Of a stretch of DNA of 64,000 nucleotides, positions 37,601-47,489 are shown piece by piece. This stretch comes from Alphaproteobacteria bacterium (GTDB taxonomy: Bacteria; Pseudomonadota; Alphaproteobacteria; Rs-D84). Under the pieces are notes generated by a model that saw only the letters and a program-made list of their open reading frames with translations, was not told the DNA's origin and made no database searches. Each line of letters opens with the position of its first letter. The first letter of the stretch is position 1. The stretch covers positions 144,007 to 208,006 of the forward strand of contig JAFVUD010000005.1 in assembly GCA_017502865.1 (NCBI GenBank). Reading direction: 5' to 3'. The translations under genes and the position numbers were made by a program.

Positions 37601-40600
37601 GTGTGTAACCATCACCCCAATCGACATAGAACGTACCAGCCGCTGCGATATAGAATGAATAGCTATACGTATTGGTTGTAGTCAGTTCTAATGGCCAGTA
37701 GTCCAAGCATACCGGACCACCCCAACTTAATGGGACCTGGTCTTCTGAACCACATCTCATCCCTGTCAGGCCCACTGCACCTTCATACACCCCACCAATA
37801 TGGTCGGTTGTTGCATCTGGCCAGATATTATACAAATATTCACCGCCAGCACGCACAGTATTACCCGTCAAATTGCGGCAATTAGCGAACATATAGGCAA
37901 ACATATTTGTTGCCGCATTACCAGACAATGCCCCAATAAAGTTAGCAGGGATTTCGCCTGTCAAACCAGAACAGTTATAGAATGTCTGATAGAACATATA
38001 CTGTGCTGGTGTGCCGCTGATTCCTGCAAACAATGCACCACCAATACCCGACAATCTGTTACATCCATAGAATGTCTGATAGAACATATACGCACGTGGC
38101 TGCCCCGAAATACCGGCAAACAAGTCCGCTGGGATTTCACCGGATAAACCACTACAGCCATTGAACGTCCGATAGAACATATACGCACGTGGTTGCCCCG
38201 AAATACCTGCGAACAAGTCCGCTGGGATTTCATCATAGATATTATTTGCCCCATAGAACGTCTGATAGAAGCTTGGCTGGCTGCCATCAGCCAATGTTGG
38301 GAATATCGCACCCAAACTGCCCGACAGTTTTGTCAAAGAACCTGTATTGCTAAACGAAATCGTAGCCAATTCATCATCGGTATTATATGCCGTTGCCAAA
38401 CCGCCCATTTTAATCGTATATGTATTTGCACGGCGATACGAATGTGAATGACCTGTCCGTGATGCATCTGTCTTTTCGATTACATCAACCTTGCCATCGC
38501 CCCAACTGATATAGTATTTACCAGCCGCCGCCAAATAAACTGTCATCGAAGACACATTGGTTGTCGCCGTTTCAAATGCCCAATCAGAAAAATCAACATC
38601 CGAAACGTCTTCACATGCGGTCATATCTGCTGGGATATTGGCCACATCTTCCAACTGGGTATCACCACAATACATGGTCTTCATATACGATGGGTCCCAA
38701 ATATTGTACAGATACTGTTCACCTGTCTGGGCCGACGTGCCACTTAATGATGTGCAACGTCCAAACGTACCATAGAACATATCTGTTGCTGCTGTCCCTG
38801 AAATCCCCGCAAACAAGCCTGCTGGGATTTCGCCTGTCAATCCTGTACAGCCCCAGAATGTTTGTTCAAACATATATGGTGCCGGGGTGCCTTCAATACC
38901 TGCGAACAAGTCCGCTGGGATTGGGCCTTCTAACCCTGTACAATCTGCAAATGTACGTGTGAACATATCCTGGGCTGGTGCTCCCTTAATTCCACTGAAC
39001 AATGTTGCTGGAATTGTTCCGGTCAATCCTGAACAGCCTTCAAATGTCCCCATAAACATCCCATACGATGGGGCACCCTGGATTCTTGCGAACAATGTCG
39101 CTGGGATTGATCCTGTCAACCCTGAACAACCCTTGAATGTTTCACGGAACAGTTCAGCTGATGGCTGTGCATACAAATCTTCAAACAGATCTGCTGGGAT
39201 TGAACCTGTCAAGCCAGAACAACCCATGAATGTTTGATAGAACTTCTTGCTTTCTCCATCAATGCCGCCCATTGCCAACATATTTCTTGGGAACAATTGT
39301 TCTGGGATTTCACCCTTCAAATTCTTGCAGTTATAGAATGTTCTATAGAAGTTTGGCGATGGAATCAATACACCCACAACCGATGGCATAACTGGGAACA
39401 ATTCACGGAAAGACCCCTCAATCTTAGCCAAGTTATAGTTCGATTCAAAACTAATCGTTGGAACCGTGGCACCCCCAACATATCCTACCGCTTCACCTGA
39501 TATTTTGATTTTGTATTCACCCGCTTTGTCATACTTATGTGAAAATACCAGTTCATCTACACTATCATGCGTCACAGTGTCAAATGTACCATCACCCCAA
39601 TCAACACCGAAAACACCCGATGCATTCATACGGAATTCAAATGATGTCGTATCTGGTGTTGTTGTTGCGATAAACTTTGGTTCGCCCAGTCCTGTCTGGC
39701 CCAAACCACCCCAGTTTTCTGGGATTGTCGCATAATCATCCAACTTATTACTGTGCATAAATGAATATGTCAATGCATCTGGCCAGATTTCATACAAATA
39801 CTTACCACCCTTACCCTTAGCAGATGGCCCTGCCAAATCAGACATGCTAAAGAATGTATAGAAGAACATACCTAATTCTGCAGAACCTTCGATACCTGCA
39901 AACAGGCCATCCCCAATACCACTTAATCTATCATCTTCGATAAATGTAAATCCAAACATACCCAATGCTGGGGCCCCTTCAAGATTACGGAACAACCCAC
40001 CCGGGATTTCGCCAGACAATTGTGTGCAGCCCGCAAAAGTACCTAAGAAACAACCAACGCTTGGTGCACCCTTAACACCCTTGAACAAATCTTCTGGAAT
40101 TGTGCCAGACAAGCCAAAACTGGCCCCAAATGTACCTGCAAATGCCAATTCACCCGGTGCACCATTCAGGTTTCCAAACAAAGATTCTGGAATTGTTCCT
40201 GTCAAGCCTTCACCCTTAAAGATATTTACATCTGGGCCATTATTCACCAATTCAATTATGTCAATCCCACTGCCGGCAAATGTACCCAAATACTGTGCCG
40301 CCATTGGACGACCAGATATACCTGCAAACAATTTCGCTGGGATGCGACCTTCCAAATATGGCATAGCCGCAAAAGTCAATGCAAAAGCGGCTTCTTTTGC
40401 CTGGCCTTTTAAGCCTGAAAACAAAGTCGATGGCAATTCGCCCTTGAACCCGGATACCGCAAATGTGCCCAAGAACGCCCCACGTTCCGGTGCACCACGC
40501 AAATTAGCATACAATTTTGCTGGTATTGAACTTTCTACAAGTGGCGTTAACAAGAAAGTACCTGCATTCATCGCATATGATGGATGGCCGGTCAAACCTG

Positions 40601-41462
40601 CAAATAATTTTTCTGGAACAGATTTCAAACCAGAAAGCGCAAAAGTCCCCGTGAACATCAATGGGGATGGCTGACCATAAACACGGCTGAACAATCTTTC
40701 TGGAATAATACCATCCCAATTCATGGCCCCTGCGAAAGTCAGCAAGAAACTTGGGTTATCGCCATTTTCCAGCGTTGGGAAAACCGAACCCAAACTGCCA
40801 TCGATATGTGCAATACGATCTGAATCTGTTACAAAAGAAATGGTGATACCTTCTGGTGCAATCTGTAAATTATCAAACGCATGTTCATCAAAATCAACGA
40901 TAAAGCGTTGCAGGGAATTAATAATTGGGTCAACATCCATATATGCATAGCCTGTGGCACGGCCACCAAAGCGAACTACATATTTACCTGGTGTTGCATA
41001 ACTGTGGTTATATGGCATAAATTCTGTGTTATCACGCACAATTGTTTCAACCGTACCATCACCCCAGTCAACCATAAATGTCCCCGCAGCCCCCAGGATA
41101 AACCCAAACGATTCTGCATTTTCGGTGGTAGTAACCGAGAATGGCCATTCTTCATAGACCAGTTCATTAACCGCCTGTTCTGTGACTGTAATATCAGCAA
41201 TCTGATTCGTTGCATATTCACCGGCACCGTATCTTGATGTCACTTCGCCATTCAATATTTCATTGGCTACGTCAACCGCAGTCAGCAGATATTCCATATT
41301 TGCCACCTGGCGTGGATTACGCAACTTGGCATTATATGGCACTTCCACCCCGATACGATTCGCAATCATGTTATGTACATACTCTACATTTGCGATCTGT
41401 GCAGCATGCGCAGCAAATGCAAAAAATGCACCAAAAACAACGGTTAACAGTTTCTTTAACAT
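34650..41462 (-). CDS. giant secreted repeat protein made of five concatenated PKD-like + 30-aa-repeat family units
   Basis: 2270 aa from the ATG at 41462 (MLKKLLTVVFGAFFAFAAHA). Five WGDG...H.Y domains, dozens of LFAGI.GAPA..MF..TF..C..LT.IP repeats, and five YLY.IW terminal motifs. Terminators lie on both sides. Confidence 0.85.
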   Translation of the reverse strand: MLKKLLTVVFGAFFAFAAHAAQIANVEYVHNMIANRIGVEVPYNAKLRNPRQVANMEYLLTAVDVANEILNGEVTSRYGAGEYATNQIADITVTEQAVNELVYEEWPFSVTTTENAESFGFILGAAGTFMVDWGDGTVETIVRDNTEFMPYNHSYATPGKYVVRFGGRATGYAYMDVDPIINSLQRFIVDFDEHAFDNLQIAPEGITISFVTDSDRIAHIDGSLGSVFPTLENGDNPSFLLTFAGAMNWDGIIPERLFSRVYGQPSPLMFTGTFALSGLKSVPEKLFAGLTGHPSYAMNAGTFLLTPLVESSIPAKLYANLRGAPERGAFLGTFAVSGFKGELPSTLFSGLKGQAKEAAFALTFAAMPYLEGRIPAKLFAGISGRPMAAQYLGTFAGSGIDIIELVNNGPDVNIFKGEGLTGTIPESLFGNLNGAPGELAFAGTFGASFGLSGTIPEDLFKGVKGAPSVGCFLGTFAGCTQLSGEIPGGLFRNLEGAPALGMFGFTFIEDDRLSGIGDGLFAGIEGSAELGMFFYTFFSMSDLAGPSAKGKGGKYLYEIWPDALTYSFMHSNKLDDYATIPENWGGLGQTGLGEPKFIATTTPDTTSFEFRMNASGVFGVDWGDGTFDTVTHDSVDELVFSHKYDKAGEYKIKISGEAVGYVGGATVPTISFESNYNLAKIEGSFRELFPVMPSVVGVLIPSPNFYRTFYNCKNLKGEIPEQLFPRNMLAMGGIDGESKKFYQTFMGCSGLTGSIPADLFEDLYAQPSAELFRETFKGCSGLTGSIPATLFARIQGAPSYGMFMGTFEGCSGLTGTIPATLFSGIKGAPAQDMFTRTFADCTGLEGPIPADLFAGIEGTPAPYMFEQTFWGCTGLTGEIPAGLFAGISGTAATDMFYGTFGRCTSLSGTSAQTGEQYLYNIWDPSYMKTMYCGDTQLEDVANIPADMTACEDVSDVDFSDWAFETATTNVSSMTVYLAAAGKYYISWGDGKVDVIEKTDASRTGHSHSYRRANTYTIKMGGLATAYNTDDELATISFSNTGSLTKLSGSLGAIFPTLADGSQPSFYQTFYGANNIYDEIPADLFAGISGQPRAYMFYRTFNGCSGLSGEIPADLFAGISGQPRAYMFYQTFYGCNRLSGIGGALFAGISGTPAQYMFYQTFYNCSGLTGEIPANFIGALSGNAATNMFAYMFANCRNLTGNTVRAGGEYLYNIWPDATTDHIGGVYEGAVGLTGMRCGSEDQVPLSWGGPVCLDYWPLELTTTNTYSYSFYIAAAGTFYVDWGDGYTQVINKTDTYSTYYSHSYNKSGVYTVKLAGLATAYNTSYSTAAISFSTATAGVKGSLGEIFPTLSNGSQPSFYQTFYNCSSLTGEIPATLFSGISGTPRQYMFYRTFYNCYGLTGEIPAGLFAGIKGAPASYMFYQTFYNCSGLTGIGGPLFAGISGAPASYMFQQTFYNCSGLEEAELSGMFGTLNGAPASYMFYQTFFGCQNMKGDISNVFAGTLSGSATSNMFVQTFQGCSGLTGTSVKSGGKFLYEIWPNATSAQVGDMYTGCTGLTDNNCETGVMMPAIWGAQACVDDWAFEYTTTNTSDVTISLSAKGTFYVDWGDGSSSVIERTDTSLKSYNHMYAKSAAYNVKVAGLATAYSTNDKTATVKFTRVASVTGQLGDVFPTLADGSQPSFYQTFADASLKTVPADLFAGVKGAPRPYMFYQTFEGNYNLTEVPEGLFANISGAPVEHLFNGTFYGCSALRSVPEGLFASISGAPAESLFYQTFYGCYNLATLPEGLFASIKGAPAANMFKQTFYDCDRLTVVPAGLFAGISGAPASSMFEATFSNCNGLTTLPEGLFANVQGAPVQNMFKQTFQDCTSLKAIPSDLFAGISGAPAKYMFDSTFSGCSSLTAIPEELFAGVKGDAADYMLQNVFNNCSKLAAIPEGLFAGITGEPTKSMFKNAFAGTAIKSIPEGLFAGIKGAPETNMFQDTFNNCDNLVTVPAGLFASIKGAPAKYMFEGTFEGCDNLTTIPEDLFAGLSGKPAQYMFANTFNGCKKLTAVPEDLFAGISGVPASNMFDYTFSGCSSLKTVPAGLFAGITGKPASNMFMYTFASSGLTTIPAGLFAGISGAPATYMFEGTFSNCDGLTTIPAGLFAGIKGTPAQYMFNNTFNDCDNLTTIPENLFGGLSGTPAYSMFYRTFYSCDKLAAIPANLFGNISGSYASYMFYYTFAYCPALRGPSAKINGKYLYQIWSNPGWQYTYYNSTGLTDYSSIPSYWK

Positions 41463-41520
41463 ATTCCCACCTTTCTTTATGATAACCACTGTACTAAATC
41501 ATACGAAATCTACACAAGCA

Positions 41521-41550
41521 AAAAATTTAAACGCCCCGTTTGGGGCGTTT
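41521..41550 (-). terminator. terminator after rho
   Basis: AAACGCCCC-AAAC-GGGGCGTTT followed by AAATTTTT on the minus strand. Confidence 0.7.
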
Positions 41551-41553
41551 TAT

Positions 41554-42822
41554 TTATTGATTCATGGAACTGAAAAAGTCCGCATTTGTCTTGGTCAACC
41601 GCAATTTATCCAGCAAGAATTCCATCGCTTCCAACGTTCCCATTGGATTTATAATGCGACGCAAGACATACATCTTGGACAGATATTCTTTCCCGACCAG
41701 CAAATCTTCTTTACGTGTTCCAGATTTAGTAATATCAATCGCCGGATACACACGTTTATCAGACAATTTACGATCCAGGATAATTTCACTGTTCCCTGTA
41801 CCTTTAAATTCTTCAAAGATAACTTCGTCCATTTTCGACCCTGTATCCACCAACGCAGTTGCAATAATGGTCAATGAACCGCCACCTTCGATATTACGTG
41901 CCGCCCCAAAGAAGCGTTTTGGACGTTGCAACGCATACGCATCAACGCCACCGGTCAACACTTTACCACTGGATGGCACACATGTATTATATGCACGCCC
42001 CAAACGTGTAATAGAATCTAACAAGATAACAACATCCTGTCCTGCTTCGACCAAACGCTTGGCTTTTTCAATAACCATTTCGGCAACCTGAATATGTCGT
42101 GCCGCAGGTTCATCGAATGTAGATGATATAACTTCGCCTTTAACGCTGCGTTGCATATCCGTCACTTCTTCTGGACGTTCATCAATCAACAATACGATTA
42201 ATTTCACATCTGGATAGTTTGTTGCAATACTGTGTGCAATGTTTTGCAGCATAACTGTTTTACCGGTACGTGGTGGTGCCACAATCAGTGAACGTTGCCC
42301 TTTACCAGTTGGTGAAATCAAATCGATAACACGTGCCGACAAATTGCGACCTTTGTCCTTGTCATCTGGCACTTCCATTTTCAACTGTTCATCTGGATAC
42401 AGCGGTGTCATATCATCGAACGACACACGATGTTTCAACTTTTCTGGATTATCGCCGTTAACACGTTCAATTGTTTCCAACGCAAAATAACGTTCTGTTT
42501 CTGCGGCCGGTGCCTGAATCTGTCCTTCGACATAGTCACCCGTTTTCAACCCATACTTTTTAATCAAATTTGGTGACACATACAAATCATCTGGTCCCGC
42601 CAGATAATTAGATTCTGGTGCACGCAAGAATCCAAACCCATCCTGCATACGTTCCAGCACCCCGTCACCAATCAGTGTGACCTTTTTATCCGCAGCAAAC
42701 ACACGCATAACTGCAAAACGCAGTTGTTGCACATTTAATTGCGCCGGATTTTCAATACCCATATCTTCTGCCATTTTCAGCAGTTGCTGTGGCGATTTCG
42801 CCTTTAATTCATTTATATGCAT
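41554..42822 (-). CDS. rho: transcription termination factor Rho
   Basis: [16 protein letters not shown]-terminal domain, Walker A motif PPRTGKT, and RNA-binding and ATPase motifs. Start taken at the ATG at 42822. Confidence 0.95.
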   Translation of the reverse strand: MHINELKAKSPQQLLKMAEDMGIENPAQLNVQQLRFAVMRVFAADKKVTLIGDGVLERMQDGFGFLRAPESNYLAGPDDLYVSPNLIKKYGLKTGDYVEGQIQAPAAETERYFALETIERVNGDNPEKLKHRVSFDDMTPLYPDEQLKMEVPDDKDKGRNLSARVIDLISPTGKGQRSLIVAPPRTGKTVMLQNIAHSIATNYPDVKLIVLLIDERPEEVTDMQRSVKGEVISSTFDEPAARHIQVAEMVIEKAKRLVEAGQDVVILLDSITRLGRAYNTCVPSSGKVLTGGVDAYALQRPKRFFGAARNIEGGGSLTIIATALVDTGSKMDEVIFEEFKGTGNSEIILDRKLSDKRVYPAIDITKSGTRKEDLLVGKEYLSKMYVLRRIINPMGTLEAMEFLLDKLRLTKTNADFFSSMNQ

Positions 42823-42913
42823 AAATAATCCTTTTGTGGAGATTGGCACATGGAACCATGGCCATTTGATATGTATATTATAGACTAAATTGACAAAAAT
42901 GTCAAGTCCCCAA

Positions 42914-42937
42914 CAAAAAACCGCCATATTGGCGGTC
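42914..42937 (-). terminator. terminator after 42943-45027
   Basis: ACCGCC-AATA-TGGCGGT followed by TTTTTT on the minus strand. An identical copy lies at 45352-45375. Confidence 0.8.
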
Positions 42938-42942
42938 TTTTA

Positions 42943-45027
42943 TTACTTCCAGTTATCTGGGATATTCGCATAGTCTTTTAATCCCGTTGCGCCGTTATAT
43001 GTATTCGCATCCCCAGATGGTGTGAACACTTCATACAAGAATTTATCAGCCGTCGTAAATGTACCATCTTCATTTTCGGTCACAACCGTCATCTTGGCAG
43101 AATCACTGGCCAATTTGGTTGCATTGTTAAATGTATTACTGAACATTCCCGACACCCAATTACCCGTAATATTGCCAAATATAGGATGCCCACTGGTACC
43201 GGTTGCCGCATCATAACCAATATTTATCAGACCCGTACTGTCAGCAAATGTGCTATTAAACATATTCTGTGCTGGTTCGCCCGAAATTCCCGCAAACAAT
43301 CCCTTTGGAATATTTTTAATATTCCATGTTGTACTGAATGTGCTACTGAACATATTTTTAGCTGGTGCCCCAACAATCCCTGCAAACAAACCTTCTGGCA
43401 AATCACCTACATTATTCCAATGGAATGTTCCACTAAACATCCCCTCGGCCGGTTCACCACGAATCCCCGCAAACAATTTCGCTGGCACAGTATTCACACC
43501 AGAATCCTGGAATGTACCCTGGAACATATATTCCAACGGGCGCCCCTCAATCCCACGGACATAATTGCCATTGTCATCATATTCTGTGAACAGATTTTCT
43601 GGAATATTATTCCCCATTCCCCCGGTCTGACAGAACGTATACGCAAATGCACGTCCCATATTATAATGCCATGTTATACCCGAAAACAAATCTGCTGGAA
43701 TGGGTCCACCCAATCTGCGGCACTGCTGGAAAGTACCTTCGAACATCCCATATGCCCCTGGCCCCTTAATCCCAGCAAACAGTCCACTTGGCAACTTCCC
43801 TTGAATTCCCGAAAAACCAAATGTTCCATGGAACATCTTGTGTGCAGGTGCGCCTTCGATACCCGCAAACAATTCCGCCGGAATCGAGCCAGTCAGTCTA
43901 GTATGCTGACTCCAACAACTACCATCTGGTCTATCATCTGGTGCAGACAAACAGGCAAAAGTAGAATGGAACATCATTGGTTTTGGTGCCCCCTTGATGC
44001 CCGCAAAGAAATCTTTATCCAACGGTCCAATTAAATTACGTGCAGAATCAAATGTCCCATAGAACAAACCTGTTGTTGGTGCACCACTAATCTTTGCAAA
44101 CAATTTTGGTGGTATCTGCCCCGATAAACTGTCGCAATTTCTAAATGTATGCATAAACATACCTGTTGTCGGGCGGCCGCTGATACCCGCAAAGAAATCT
44201 TCTGGAATCGCCCCATCCAATTCATAACAACCATCAAACATTTCACGGAACATATATGCCTTGTCCGCTTGGCCTGTCAATCCGGTCAAGAAACCATCTG
44301 GAATTGGACCAATCAAATTCTTGCACCCTTTACAGAAACCATAAAAGCTGGGTTGACTGCCATCGGCCAATGTTGAAAAAACCGCACCCAATGAATTATA
44401 AATTTTATACAGGTTTTCTGGCGTGCCGATTTTAATAGATGGAATTACCCCACTAACTTCATCCGCCATCAGTGTAACGGCCCCTTCGACATAGCCAGCA
44501 CCACCGGTTGAATTATATTCAGTTGGTGTACCCGTTAATTTAATATAGTGTGCTTCGGCCGTATCATATGTATGTGAATATGTGACCTGGTCTGTGGTAT
44601 CCTGGGTAAATGTTTCGTTGGTACCATCACCCCATTTAATAGTAAATGTACCCTTGGCTGCGATTTTAATTTCAAAATATGTTGTATCGGTTGTTGTACG
44701 GAATGTCAAACCACGCACATCAATCAAATCAACAACTGCTTTATCCGTTGCCTCCTTATCCGCCGCCAGCATAGTTGCCAACGGATCTTCGGCATAGTCA
44801 CTGATATCAATACTGTTCACGGTCCAGTTTGTTTCATCCATCGCATGCAGCAGATATTTCATATTTGCCGCAGCCATGGTACTGCTGACCTCGTCATTAT
44901 ATGGTAAAAAGAATCCCCATTCGGCCTGAATAGCCTTGTGAATATAATCCAGGTTTGCGACCACTGCGGAATCGGCCGTCGCCACCACACCGCACGACAC
45001 CATCAACGCAAACAACAATTTTTTCAT
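42943..45027 (-). CDS. secreted PKD-like + 30-aa-repeat family protein (694 aa)
   Basis: Signal peptide, VANLDYIHKAI...ANMKYLLHAMDETN head, IKWGDG...YSHTY domain, LFAGI.G.P...MF..TF repeats, and C-terminus KFLYEVF...IPDNWK. Confidence 0.85.
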   Translation of the reverse strand: MKKLLFALMVSCGVVATADSAVVANLDYIHKAIQAEWGFFLPYNDEVSSTMAAANMKYLLHAMDETNWTVNSIDISDYAEDPLATMLAADKEATDKAVVDLIDVRGLTFRTTTDTTYFEIKIAAKGTFTIKWGDGTNETFTQDTTDQVTYSHTYDTAEAHYIKLTGTPTEYNSTGGAGYVEGAVTLMADEVSGVIPSIKIGTPENLYKIYNSLGAVFSTLADGSQPSFYGFCKGCKNLIGPIPDGFLTGLTGQADKAYMFREMFDGCYELDGAIPEDFFAGISGRPTTGMFMHTFRNCDSLSGQIPPKLFAKISGAPTTGLFYGTFDSARNLIGPLDKDFFAGIKGAPKPMMFHSTFACLSAPDDRPDGSCWSQHTRLTGSIPAELFAGIEGAPAHKMFHGTFGFSGIQGKLPSGLFAGIKGPGAYGMFEGTFQQCRRLGGPIPADLFSGITWHYNMGRAFAYTFCQTGGMGNNIPENLFTEYDDNGNYVRGIEGRPLEYMFQGTFQDSGVNTVPAKLFAGIRGEPAEGMFSGTFHWNNVGDLPEGLFAGIVGAPAKNMFSSTFSTTWNIKNIPKGLFAGISGEPAQNMFNSTFADSTGLINIGYDAATGTSGHPIFGNITGNWVSGMFSNTFNNATKLASDSAKMTVVTENEDGTFTTADKFLYEVFTPSGDANTYNGATGLKDYANIPDNWK

Positions 45028-45041
45028 TACAAAATCCTCTG

Positions 45042-45287
45042 CTATTCTTCTACATGTGCCACAGATTTTGGCAATGGTTGGGTTGCCACATTTAACGATC
45101 CTGTCACGTCGTACGTACCGGCCATGGTCTGATTGGCATTTTCGGAAACACTGACCTTGTCTTCATCAACATATTTACGTGTATTCGCATCCACTTCATC
45201 TACATAGTTTTGTGATGGAATATTCGGTGCCGCAATCGCCGCCCCTGACATCAACGCCAACACTGAAAAAACAAGGATTTTTTGCAT
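45042..45287 (-). CDS. small secreted protein, EYV-head / VxTxPLP-tail family
   Basis: MQKILVFSVLALMSGAAIAAPNIPSQNYVDEV...NQTMAGTYDVTGSLNVATQPLP. Lies 14 nt upstream of 42943-45027. Confidence 0.6.
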   Translation of the reverse strand: MQKILVFSVLALMSGAAIAAPNIPSQNYVDEVDANTRKYVDEDKVSVSENANQTMAGTYDVTGSLNVATQPLPKSVAHVEE

Positions 45288-45351
45288 TTTTCTTTCTCCT
45301 AACACACTATTATTGATAATAATTGTATCATAAAACACCCCGCCCCGCAAA

Positions 45352-45375
45352 TAAAAAACCGCCATATTGGCGGTC
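45352..45375 (-). terminator. terminator after 45381-47483
   Basis: Same sequence as 42914-42937. Confidence 0.8.
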
Positions 45376-45380
45376 TTTTG

Positions 45381-47483
45381 TTATTTCCACAATTCTGGGA
45401 TATTCGCATAGTCTGTTAATCCCGTTGCACCGTTATATGTATTTGCATCCCCAGATGGTGTGAACACTTCATACAAATACTTTATCGCCGAAGACGTCGT
45501 TCCATCTTCATTTTCAGTTATAACCGTCATCTTGGCAGAATCACTGGCCAATTTGGTTGCGTTACTAAACGTATTGCTGAACATTCCCGACACCCAACTC
45601 CCCGTAATATTACCAAATATTGGATGCCCACTGGTACCGGTTGCCGCATCATAACCAATATCTACCAACGATTTATTATTCGAAAACGTGCCATTAAACA
45701 TATTCTTGGCCGCTGGTCCAGAAATCTTGGCAAACAACCCCTTTGGAATTTTTGTTGTGCTTGACCAAGCATCACCGGCACTAAATGTACCACTGAACAT
45801 AGACTCTGCCGGTTCCCCTTCGATACCATCAAAGAACCCTTCGGGAATATCACCAACACTATTCCAGTGGAACGTGTTGGCAAACATAGCTTTGGCCGGT
45901 TTTCCACGAATACCTGCGAACAATTTCGCTGGCAAATTACTTGCACCACTATCCGTCCATGTACCATTGAACATTTCTGCGGACGGTGCCCCCTCTATCC
46001 CACGGACATAATTACCGTCTTCGTCATATTCTGTGAACAGGTTTTCTGGAATATTTCCGCCCGCCCATGTCTGACAGAACGTCAACGCAAACGCACGTGA
46101 CATATCCGGCGACCATGTTATCCCTGCAAAGAAATCTTCGGGAATTTGTCCTCCCATACCACGGGCCTGTTGGAATGTGGCTTCAAACATACCGGGCGCC
46201 CCAGGTCCCTTGATGCCTGCAAACAATCCTGCTGGATACCCACCTGTATGCCCCGAAAATGCAAATGTAGAATGGAACATTTTGTACGCAGGGGCCCCTT
46301 CAATTTTACCAAACAATTTTGCTGGAATTGGGTTTTTCATCGACATTTTTGACCAACATTCACCATCTGGCAAATTAACACATCCAAATGTCCCCAGGAA
46401 CATCATCGGTTTTGGTGCACCACCAATATTTGCAAACAACTGGTCCGACAAAGCACCCGTCAACCCACGTGCCCCGTTAAATGTTTCATAGAACAATGCC
46501 AATGTAACATCACCGTTCAAACCACCAAACACGTCGGCCGGAATCCCACCCGTCAATGATTTACAGTTATAAAATGTCTGCATAAACTGGGCAGTTGTTG
46601 GACGACCTGTTATGCCCGCAAACATACCTGCTGGGATTTCACCATTTAACTTATAACAATTCAAGAACATACGACGAAATTGGTACGCTTTATCCGATTC
46701 GCCCGTAATCCCAGCCAACAAATTTGCTGGAATCGGCCCAACCAGGTTCGTACATCCTTCACAAAATGTATTAAAGCTTGGCTGACTGCCATCAGCCAAC
46801 GTTGGGAAAACCGAACCCAACGAATTATAAATCTTATACAAATTGGCTGGTGTAGCAATTTTAATAGTTGGCGTCGCCCCACTAACTTCACCTAAACTTT
46901 CATCTACACCACCATCTGAATATTGAACAATAATATCTCCGCCGGTCGAATTATACTCGGTCGCCTTGCCTAACAATTTGATATAGTGTGCTTCGGCCTT
47001 ATCATACGTATGCGAATACGTTTTTTGTTCTGTGGTATCGTGGGTAAAAGTTTCATTAACGCCGTCGCCCCATTTAATTGTAAATGTACCCTTGGCTGCG
47101 ATTTTAATTGAAAATTCCGTTGTATCAGTCGTCGTACGGAATGTTAAACCACGCACATCAATCAGGTCAACAACTGCGACATCTGTCGCATTGGTGTCTG
47201 CGGCACGCATTGTCGCCAATGGATCTTCGGCATAGTCACTGATGTCTTCACTGTTCACGGTCCAGTTTGTTTCGTCCATCGCATGCAACAGATATTTCAT
47301 ATTTGCCGCCGCCATTGTACTGCGAACCTCTTCATTCCATGGCAAAAAGAATCCCCACTCGGCCTGGATTGCGTTATGAATATATTCCAAATTTGCGATT
47401 TTGCCGGACCAAGCGGCCGAAATCACCATAAAACAAGACAAAAAAGCGACACATAACTTTTTAATCACGCTAAAATCCCCCAT
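45381..47483 (-). CDS. secreted PKD-like + 30-aa-repeat family protein (700 aa), tandem paralog of 42943-45027
   Basis: Same architecture. N- and C-terminal ~150 aa are nearly identical to the neighbour and the middle has diverged. C-terminus is ...IPELWK. Confidence 0.85.
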   Translation of the reverse strand: MGDFSVIKKLCVAFLSCFMVISAAWSGKIANLEYIHNAIQAEWGFFLPWNEEVRSTMAAANMKYLLHAMDETNWTVNSEDISDYAEDPLATMRAADTNATDVAVVDLIDVRGLTFRTTTDTTEFSIKIAAKGTFTIKWGDGVNETFTHDTTEQKTYSHTYDKAEAHYIKLLGKATEYNSTGGDIIVQYSDGGVDESLGEVSGATPTIKIATPANLYKIYNSLGSVFPTLADGSQPSFNTFCEGCTNLVGPIPANLLAGITGESDKAYQFRRMFLNCYKLNGEIPAGMFAGITGRPTTAQFMQTFYNCKSLTGGIPADVFGGLNGDVTLALFYETFNGARGLTGALSDQLFANIGGAPKPMMFLGTFGCVNLPDGECWSKMSMKNPIPAKLFGKIEGAPAYKMFHSTFAFSGHTGGYPAGLFAGIKGPGAPGMFEATFQQARGMGGQIPEDFFAGITWSPDMSRAFALTFCQTWAGGNIPENLFTEYDEDGNYVRGIEGAPSAEMFNGTWTDSGASNLPAKLFAGIRGKPAKAMFANTFHWNSVGDIPEGFFDGIEGEPAESMFSGTFSAGDAWSSTTKIPKGLFAKISGPAAKNMFNGTFSNNKSLVDIGYDAATGTSGHPIFGNITGSWVSGMFSNTFSNATKLASDSAKMTVITENEDGTTSSAIKYLYEVFTPSGDANTYNGATGLTDYANIPELWK

Positions 47484-47489
47484 TGTTAA

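Noticed and set aside
43186-44034. Long antisense ORFs inside large genes (for example 43186-44034, 40024-40674, 57927-58583, 18938-19660, 19410-20141, 41263-41877, 54184-54603, 51722-52342)
   Set aside because: Each lies fully opposite or out of frame within a CDS that has strong homology or repeat support. Their translations are compositionally biased with no motifs. They are typical shadow ORFs.
34650-47483. Diversity-generating retroelement acting on the variable repeat proteins
   Set aside because: The window contains no reverse transcriptase gene, no template/variable repeat pair and no adenine-specific mismatch pattern. The variation is better explained by duplication and divergence.
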